Origin: Desulfosudis oleivorans | Lineage (GTDB): Bacteria > Desulfobacterota > Desulfobacteria > Desulfobacterales > SURF-7 | Direction of reading: 5' to 3' | Length of the DNA stretch: 64,000 nt | NCBI GenBank assembly: GCA_020723325.1 | Contig: DYJD01000027.1 | Location: forward strand, 15,697-79,696 | Shown here: positions 57,769 to 64,000 of the stretch, piece by piece | Layout: every line of letters starts with the position of its first letter | How positions within the stretch are numbered: position 1 is the stretch's first letter | Program-made: the position numbers and the translations under genes | The notes under the pieces: model-generated | What the model was told of the DNA's origin: nothing | Database searches by the model: none | What the model saw: only the letters and a program-made list of their open reading frames with translations

Positions 57769-60700
57769 ATGATTCAAAAAATTATCGACTTTTCCGGCCG
57801 TAACCGTTTTCTGGTGCTCCTGCTCATGTTGGCAGTGGGCGGGATCTCGGTCTATATCCTGAAGAACATTCGGCTGGATGCTTTGCCGGATTTGTCCGAC
57901 ACCCAGGTGATCATTTTTTCGCGCTGGGACCGTTCACCGGATATCATCGAGGATCAGTTGACCTATCCCATTGTCACGGCCCTTTTGGGCGCGCCCCATG
58001 TCAAGGCCATCCGCGGTTTTTCGGATTTCGGCTTTTCCTATGTTTACGTGATTTTTGAGGACGGCACGGACATTTATTGGGCCAGGTCGCGAGTGCTGGA
58101 ATATCTTTCCAAGATCCAGTCGCGCCTGCCCCAGGGGATTGCCACTGAACTAGGGCCGGATGCCACGGGGGTGGGCTGGGTGTTCCAATACGCCCTGGTG
58201 GATGATTCCAAAACCCATTCCCTGGAAGCATTGCGCTCCTTTCAGGATTGGACCCTGCGCTACGCCTTGCAGGCCGTGCCCGGCGTGGCGGAGGTGGCCT
58301 CCATCGGCGGTTTTGTAAAACAGTACCAGATCACCGTGGACCCCAATCGCCTGGCGGCTTTTGATCTACCCCTGGACAAGGTTATTGAAGCGGTGCGTTC
58401 CTCCAATAACGAAGTCGGCGGCCGCCTGTTGGAATTGAGCGGCAGGGAGTACATGGTGAGGGGCAGGGGCTATAGCCGGCAGTTGTCGGATTTTGAGAGT
58501 ATCGTGGTGAAGACTACGCCGGGGGGCGTGCCGGTGCGGCTGAAGGACATCGCCCGGGTGGAATTCGGCCCGGAAATCCGGCGTGGAGTCGCTGATCTGG
58601 ACGGCACCGGCGATACCGTGGGCGGCATCGTGGTCATGCGCCACGGCGAAAACGCCATGAACGTCATCCAGCGGGTAAAGACCCGGCTGCAGGAGCTGGA
58701 GTCGTCCCTGCCAAAGGGGGTGCGCTTCGTCACCACCTATGACCGCTCGGATCTGATCGAGCGCGCCCTGAACACCCTGCGCCATGAACTGGTGGTGGAG
58801 ATGATCATCGTCTCCCTGGTGATCCTGCTGTTTCTCTGGCACATCCCTTCCGCCATCGTGCCCATCATCACCATTCCGGTGTCGGTTCTTTTCGCGTTCA
58901 TTCCCATGTATTATTTCGGGGTCACGGTGAACATCATGTCCCTGGCGGGCATCGCCATCTCCATCGGTGTGCTGGTGGACGGCGCCATTGTGGAAGTGGA
59001 AAACGCCTATAACAAGATCTACCATTGGCAGGCCGACGGCCGCAAAGGCGATTTCTTCGATGTACGCCTCGATGCCCTAAAAGAAGTCGGACCATCGGTG
59101 TTTTTCTCCCTGCTGGTCATTGCCGTGGCCTTTCTGCCGGTCTTTGCCCTGGTGGATCAGGAAGGTCGCCTGTTCAAGCCCCTGGCCTATTCCAAAAACC
59201 TGGCCATGGCCATCGCCGCCATTCTGGCCGTGACCCTGGACCCGGCCATGCGCATGCTTTTCGCCCGCATCGATGCGTTCAGCTTCCGGCCCAAATGGCT
59301 GGCCCGCCTGGCCACCCATACCCTGGTGGGAACTTATTATCCGGAAGAGAAGCATCCCATCAGCCGGGCCATTTTCAAAATATACGAGCCGGCCTGCCGG
59401 ATGGTGCTGCGCCATCCCAGGACTGTAATTCTGATATCAATGGCGCTCGTGGCCGTCAGCATCCCGGTGTATTTCTTGCTGGGATCGGAATTCATGCCGC
59501 CTTTGCGGGAAGGAACACTGCTGTTCATGCCCACCACCCTGCCGGGCATTTCCGTTGCGGAGACCCATCGTATCCTGCAGATCCAGGATAAAATCCTGCG
59601 CACTTTTCCGGAAGTGGAGCGGGTTTTCGGCAAGGCCGGCAGGGCGGATACATCCACCGATCCAGCGCCCTTTTCCATGATGGAAACCACCATTGTGCTG
59701 AAACCGGAAAAGGAGTGGCGGGAAAAGCAGCGCTGGTACTCGTCCTTTACGCCGGAATTCCTGAAGTCCATCCTGCGCCCGCTCTGGCCCGACCGGATTT
59801 CCTATGAGGAACTGCTGGCGGAAATGGATGAACAACTGACCATTCCGGGTGTCACCAGTCGCGGGGCCATGACCATGCCCATCAAGGCGCGCATCGACAT
59901 GCTCACCACCGGCGTGCGCAGCCCGGTGGGCATCAAGATTTTCGGCGCGGATTTGAAGGAGATCGAGCGCATCGGTGAAAATTTGGAAATGATCCTGAAA
60001 GAGGTTTCCGGCACCAGCAGTGTCTTTGCCGAGCGCACGGCCAGCGGTTATTTCATCGATTTCGAACCCAGACGGGAGCAATTGGCCCGTTACGGACTGA
60101 CCATCGGCCAGTTGCAGACCGTCATCATGAGCGCTGTGGGCGGGGAAAACATCACCACCAGTATCGAAGGCCGGGAACGCTATCCGGTGAACCTGCGCTA
60201 CCCTAGGGAATTGCGCAGCGACATGGAGACCTTGCGGCGGGTGCTGGTGTCCACGGAAGGCGGCGCCCAGGTGCCGTTGGGACAGCTCGCGGACATCCGC
60301 CTGGTGCAGGGGCCTTCCATGCTGCGCAATGAGAACGGTTTTCTTTCCGGCTATGTGTATGTGTATATGACCGGCCGGGATATCGGCGGTTATGTGGAGG
60401 AAGCCAAGCAAAGAGTCGCGGAAAAGCTCAGTCTGCCCACGGGCTATTCCCTGCAATGGAGTGGTCAGTATGAAAACATGCTGCGCGTCAAGGAACGGAT
60501 GAAGGTCATTATTCCGATCACATTGGTGCTGATTTTCATCCTGCTGTTCGCCAACACCCGCTCGGTGGTCAAGGCCCTGATCGTCATGCTGGCCGTGCCC
60601 TTTTCCGCCATCGGCGCCATTTGGCTGTTTTATTTTTTGAACTACAACGTTTCCATCGCCGCCTGGGTGGGCATGATCGCCCTGTTGGGTCTGGATGCGG

Positions 60701-61032
60701 AAACCGGGGTTTTCATGCTGCTGTTTTTGGAGCTTTCCTATGAGGAGGCCCAAAAACGGGGACAGCTCGGCACCCTTCCGGAACTGGACGAAGCCATCAT
60801 CCACGGTGCGGTGAAACGGGCGCGGCCCAAGCTGATGACCGTCTGCGCGGCATTTATGGGCCTGTTGCCCATCATGTGGTCCACCTCCGCCGGCGCCGAC
60901 GTGATGAAGCGCATCGCCGCGCCCATGATCGGCGGGCTGGTGACCTCGTTTGTCTTGGAACTGCTGGTCTATCCGGCGATTTTTAAACTATGGAAGCAAC
61001 GCAATTACGCAATAAAAGGAGAAGAAACATGA
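57769..61032 (+). CDS. cusA: CusA/SilA heavy-metal RND permease
   Basis: LDALPDLSDTQVII, GPDATGVGWVFQY, FMPPLREGTLLFMP, DPAPFSMMET, RIDMLTTG. Confidence 0.95.
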   Translation: MIQKIIDFSGRNRFLVLLLMLAVGGISVYILKNIRLDALPDLSDTQVIIFSRWDRSPDIIEDQLTYPIVTALLGAPHVKAIRGFSDFGFSYVYVIFEDGTDIYWARSRVLEYLSKIQSRLPQGIATELGPDATGVGWVFQYALVDDSKTHSLEALRSFQDWTLRYALQAVPGVAEVASIGGFVKQYQITVDPNRLAAFDLPLDKVIEAVRSSNNEVGGRLLELSGREYMVRGRGYSRQLSDFESIVVKTTPGGVPVRLKDIARVEFGPEIRRGVADLDGTGDTVGGIVVMRHGENAMNVIQRVKTRLQELESSLPKGVRFVTTYDRSDLIERALNTLRHELVVEMIIVSLVILLFLWHIPSAIVPIITIPVSVLFAFIPMYYFGVTVNIMSLAGIAISIGVLVDGAIVEVENAYNKIYHWQADGRKGDFFDVRLDALKEVGPSVFFSLLVIAVAFLPVFALVDQEGRLFKPLAYSKNLAMAIAAILAVTLDPAMRMLFARIDAFSFRPKWLARLATHTLVGTYYPEEKHPISRAIFKIYEPACRMVLRHPRTVILISMALVAVSIPVYFLLGSEFMPPLREGTLLFMPTTLPGISVAETHRILQIQDKILRTFPEVERVFGKAGRADTSTDPAPFSMMETTIVLKPEKEWREKQRWYSSFTPEFLKSILRPLWPDRISYEELLAEMDEQLTIPGVTSRGAMTMPIKARIDMLTTGVRSPVGIKIFGADLKEIERIGENLEMILKEVSGTSSVFAERTASGYFIDFEPRREQLARYGLTIGQLQTVIMSAVGGENITTSIEGRERYPVNLRYPRELRSDMETLRRVLVSTEGGAQVPLGQLADIRLVQGPSMLRNENGFLSGYVYVYMTGRDIGGYVEEAKQRVAEKLSLPTGYSLQWSGQYENMLRVKERMKVIIPITLVLIFILLFANTRSVVKALIVMLAVPFSAIGAIWLFYFLNYNVSIAAWVGMIALLGLDAETGVFMLLFLELSYEEAQKRGQLGTLPELDEAIIHGAVKRARPKLMTVCAAFMGLLPIMWSTSAGADVMKRIAAPMIGGLVTSFVLELLVYPAIFKLWKQRNYAIKGEET

Positions 61033-61535
61033 AATTATTTCGCATCACGTTTATAACCTCAGCAGCCCTGTTTTTGCTTTTCAATATGACCTGGGCCGCG
61101 GATCACAGCGGCCACGGGGGGCACGATCAAAATAAATCCGAGACTAAAAATGATGAGTCCATTGCGGAAAAACAAGTTGAAGGATTTACTATGGACTACA
61201 CGCTGTATAGCCTGGAAAAAAGAAATCGGATGATGAAAGCAATGGACGGCATGAAAATGGAAGGCATGGAGATGCACGGGATGAGCGCCGGCGCGGACAT
61301 CACCAATCATTTGATGCTGTTTATCCATGATGCCCAGGGGAAATTGGTTTCGGGCAAGGTCGGCTTTGTTGTAACCGGGCCGGACGGCAAGGAGTTCAAA
61401 ACCCTCACCATGGGCATGGGCGGCGGCTACGGCGCGGATGTGAGCCTGAAACAAGCCGGCGAATATACGATCAAGACCAAGGCGGTGATCGACGGCAAAA
61501 CCATTACGGATGAGATCAAGTATACCGTGAAATAA
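61029..61535 (+). CDS. Periplasmic His/Met-rich protein (putative metallochaperone)
   Basis: ADHSGHGGH, MDGMKMEGMEMHGM, NHLM; ATGA coupling to cusA. Confidence 0.78.
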   Translation: MKLFRITFITSAALFLLFNMTWAADHSGHGGHDQNKSETKNDESIAEKQVEGFTMDYTLYSLEKRNRMMKAMDGMKMEGMEMHGMSAGADITNHLMLFIHDAQGKLVSGKVGFVVTGPDGKEFKTLTMGMGGGYGADVSLKQAGEYTIKTKAVIDGKTITDEIKYTVK

Positions 61536-61702
61536 CAATTAACACCAAGGGATGTTGAAATAACGCTTTCCAGCAAAAGACTTTAATTTTTTTTCTACAG
61601 CCCGGCGTCGAAACGATGATCAGGACCAACCACCCGCCTCGCTGAGCACGAGCACGATACGTCAGATTAAAATTTTCGACTTCCGTCACCGCAAATGGAC
61701 GC

Positions 61703-61958
61703 GGCCCAATATAAGCGTAGCTACCATTTGCCGCAATTTAGGTCAAAAAGACCTAAATTGCGGGCAGAAAACTGAATACGCATTTGGCACCAACTACAAC
61801 GATACGATTAAATTCAAATAGGTTATAGAAAATGCACTTAAATTATGAAAAATGCAAGAATCTATATCATTGTTTCTATTTATATGCCAATTAAAACTTA
61901 TCATATAAATATGTTACACGAACATTGCGGCAAATGGTAGCTACGCTTATATTGGGCC
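61703..61958. mobile_element. MITE-like non-autonomous element
   Basis: Perfect 35-bp inverted repeats (61703-61737 and 61924-61958) around an AT-rich non-coding core. Confidence 0.7.
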
Positions 61959-62098
61959 AATATTGGAAGAAATATGTTGCCATCCCCAATGCCCTCAGAA
62001 GAAAAAAGAGCTTTAAAGTAGAATAAAGCGGCGGGGTACAGGACTGGAGGCGTTCTGGGGGCGGTTTGTGCCTTGCGGGTGATTTGGATTCAGCAGGA

Positions 62099-64000
62099 TC
62101 ACTCTTCCTTTATGGATTCAGAGTCGGCTTGATTGTTTCGGGTAATAATCGATTTTAATGCTGCAGCGCCGGCGGCGGCAACGGCCTGCGGGGTGTTTTC
62201 CGGGGGGGTGTTTTGTGCGGCAGCCGGCAGGTCCTGGAAGGGACCTCCCCCTTTCAGGGGCTCCGGGAGATCCACGATCACTTTACGATGGGCATAGAAG
62301 ATTCCTTTGGCGGCCAAGGCTTCGGTGATCAATCGGAAGGCTTCCCGACGGATGATGAAATGCTTGCCGGGTTTGGCCGTGAACTTAACCCGGAAGGTCA
62401 TGATGGAGTCCCCCACGCTTCTGATGCCTTGGGAGCGCAAGGGTTTGATGAAATCCGGGCCCAGCTCCTTATCTTCCAGCATGGCCTCGCCGACTTTTTT
62501 AACGATTTTCCTTACTTTCTCGATATCCGTGCCGTAAGGCAGTTCGATATTGAATTTGACCACAATGCCGCCGCGCATATAGTTGGTAACAGAGTCCAGG
62601 TTGCTGAAGGGGATGATCTGCAACATGCCGCGGTGGTGGCGCAGCTTGATGTTGCGCAGGGTGATGGCTTCCACTACTCCCGAGGCCTTGCCGGCTTCGA
62701 TATACTCGCCGATGCGAAAGGCATCATCCCACAGGAAAAAGATGCCGGAAAGCACATCGTGGACCAGTTTTTGGGCGCCAAAGCCGATGGCCAGACCGAT
62801 CACACCGGCACCGGCCATGAGCGGCCCGATGTCCACACCAACGGCGGACAATACGATCAAGGCGGTAATGACGATGAGCATGGAACCCATAAATTTTTTC
62901 AGCATGGGCAGCAGGGTGTAACGGCGATCAGCCGCCGCGGCAAGGCCCCACTCATCGGAGCCGGGCGTGGTTTTATCTGTTTCCGGAGGCAGGCTTTTCA
63001 TGAGGCGGGTATTGATGAAGTTTTCCGTGGCCATCCAGAGAATATGGGCCAGAAACAAAGTGACAAAAATGGTGAAAGCCCCCCGTACAATGGCCTCACC
63101 AAAGGGAATCCGGAATTCCCACAGATTGAGCAGCCAGAAGAGCAAGGCCAAAGCCAGAATCCAGCGGACCACCCGGCTTACTGCGGCCAGATAGCGACTC
63201 TGACTTTCATGGCCAGGTAGATCATCTTCGCTGATGCGATCTTGGCCGTGGCTTTGCTTGAATTTGCCCATGGCGGCTCTGACCAACCACTGGCCGGCAC
63301 GATCCAGGATCAAAAAAATGGGGCCGATCAATAGGCTGATCAGAAAGGCCGACCGGGCATGGGTTTCACTGATGATCAGGTGGTGGCTCCACAGCAGCCA
63401 GATCAGAAGCAGATAACCAAAAGTCAACCAATGCCAGGTGGCCGCGATTTGAGCGTGCAACCATTCCAAACGGGTTTCCGTGGTTTGCCCATTCCCGAAC
63501 AGGAAAGCCGTGATGCACTCGCGATGCTTTCCGATCAACACGGCGATGGCGGCAACCAGGCCACTGCCGAAAACAAATCCGAAAAATTCCACTGTGTATC
63601 GCGGTATATTCAAATGACTCAGCTCGGCATAGCAGATATAAGCCACGGCTATATAAGCGATGAATCCGATCACACGTTTGTACAAATAAACGGCGGCCGG
63701 ATCTTTTAATTGCAGCAAACGCAGGGCCGGTTGATCCGGGGCAAACAAGATCACTGCAAAGGCGGCGAAGGTCCTGGCCAGGAGCACCGGAACCCAGATG
63801 CATAAAAAGACATGCCGCGCAAAGGTGGATTGATATCCGGGAGTCAATAGAAAGCAAAGCAAACTGGAACCTGCAAACAGCGTGACTCCCATGAGATCAA
63901 GAAAAAAGCGCAACACCAGTCCACCCAGTTTTTGAAATCCATTCAATCGGGATGTGATTTTGATTTGCTGCCGGAAATTACCCGTGCTTTTACGGATAAG
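62099..64000 (-). CDS. MscS-family mechanosensitive channel (5' end outside the window)
   Basis: GVDIGPLMAGAGVIGLAIGFGAQKLVHDVLSG..FRIGEYI; frame stays open to the window edge. Confidence 0.9.
   Translation of the reverse strand, partial: LIRKSTGNFRQQIKITSRLNGFQKLGGLVLRFFLDLMGVTLFAGSSLLCFLLTPGYQSTFARHVFLCIWVPVLLARTFAAFAVILFAPDQPALRLLQLKDPAAVYLYKRVIGFIAYIAVAYICYAELSHLNIPRYTVEFFGFVFGSGLVAAIAVLIGKHRECITAFLFGNGQTTETRLEWLHAQIAATWHWLTFGYLLLIWLLWSHHLIISETHARSAFLISLLIGPIFLILDRAGQWLVRAAMGKFKQSHGQDRISEDDLPGHESQSRYLAAVSRVVRWILALALLFWLLNLWEFRIPFGEAIVRGAFTIFVTLFLAHILWMATENFINTRLMKSLPPETDKTTPGSDEWGLAAAADRRYTLLPMLKKFMGSMLIVITALIVLSAVGVDIGPLMAGAGVIGLAIGFGAQKLVHDVLSGIFFLWDDAFRIGEYIEAGKASGVVEAITLRNIKLRHHRGMLQIIPFSNLDSVTNYMRGGIVVKFNIELPYGTDIEKVRKIVKKVGEAMLEDKELGPDFIKPLRSQGIRSVGDSIMTFRVKFTAKPGKHFIIRREAFRLITEALAAKGIFYAHRKVIVDLPEPLKGGGPFQDLPAAAQNTPPENTPQAVAAAGAAALKSIITRNNQADSESIKEE

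Noticed and set aside
59437-60804. 455-aa minus-strand ORF, and similar long ORFs at 62213-63220, 7555-8373 and 11673-12482
   Set aside because: Antisense to well-supported genes (cusA, mscS, traG, traC)

Overview
This window is part of a large conjugative element, most likely a plasmid, probably from a Desulfobacterales-like deltaproteobacterium (host is an inference). It has four zones. (1) 1-16.8 kb: an F-type T4SS operon on the minus strand (traA-L-E-K-B-V-C-H-lipoprotein-G-?-dsbC-slt-N-W-U), truncated at the left edge. (2) 17-20.8 kb: a double-XRE regulator, parA, and a putative replication initiator whose coding sequence is built from iteron-like ATAACCG repeats. (3) 20.8-37.6 kb: a leading region of plus-strand genes (DUF932/945, a toxin-antitoxin pair, a DUF3560-methyltransferase, many small unknowns), ending at traD(Ti)-like / MOBQ oriT / TraA relaxase-helicase. 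The oriT polarity makes the transferred strand the template for these genes. This region is built from several families of repeated, highly structured non-coding modules: three ~0.9-1.3 kb expression modules with a triple AAACTRC-loop hairpin and identical sigma70 promoters, two long Frpo/ssi-like hairpins, and two GCGAAGC-hairpin repeats flanking one gene. This is the most interesting part of the window. (4) 37.6-64 kb: cargo with nucleoid proteins, a second TA pair, a Ser/Thr kinase / HD-GYP / PP2C signalling set with His-rich periplasmic parts, Met/His-rich periplasmic proteins, a Cus-like RND efflux operon with sigma54 promoters, REP-like repeats, a MITE and a partial MscS gene. All family calls come from motif recognition by eye; no searches were run.
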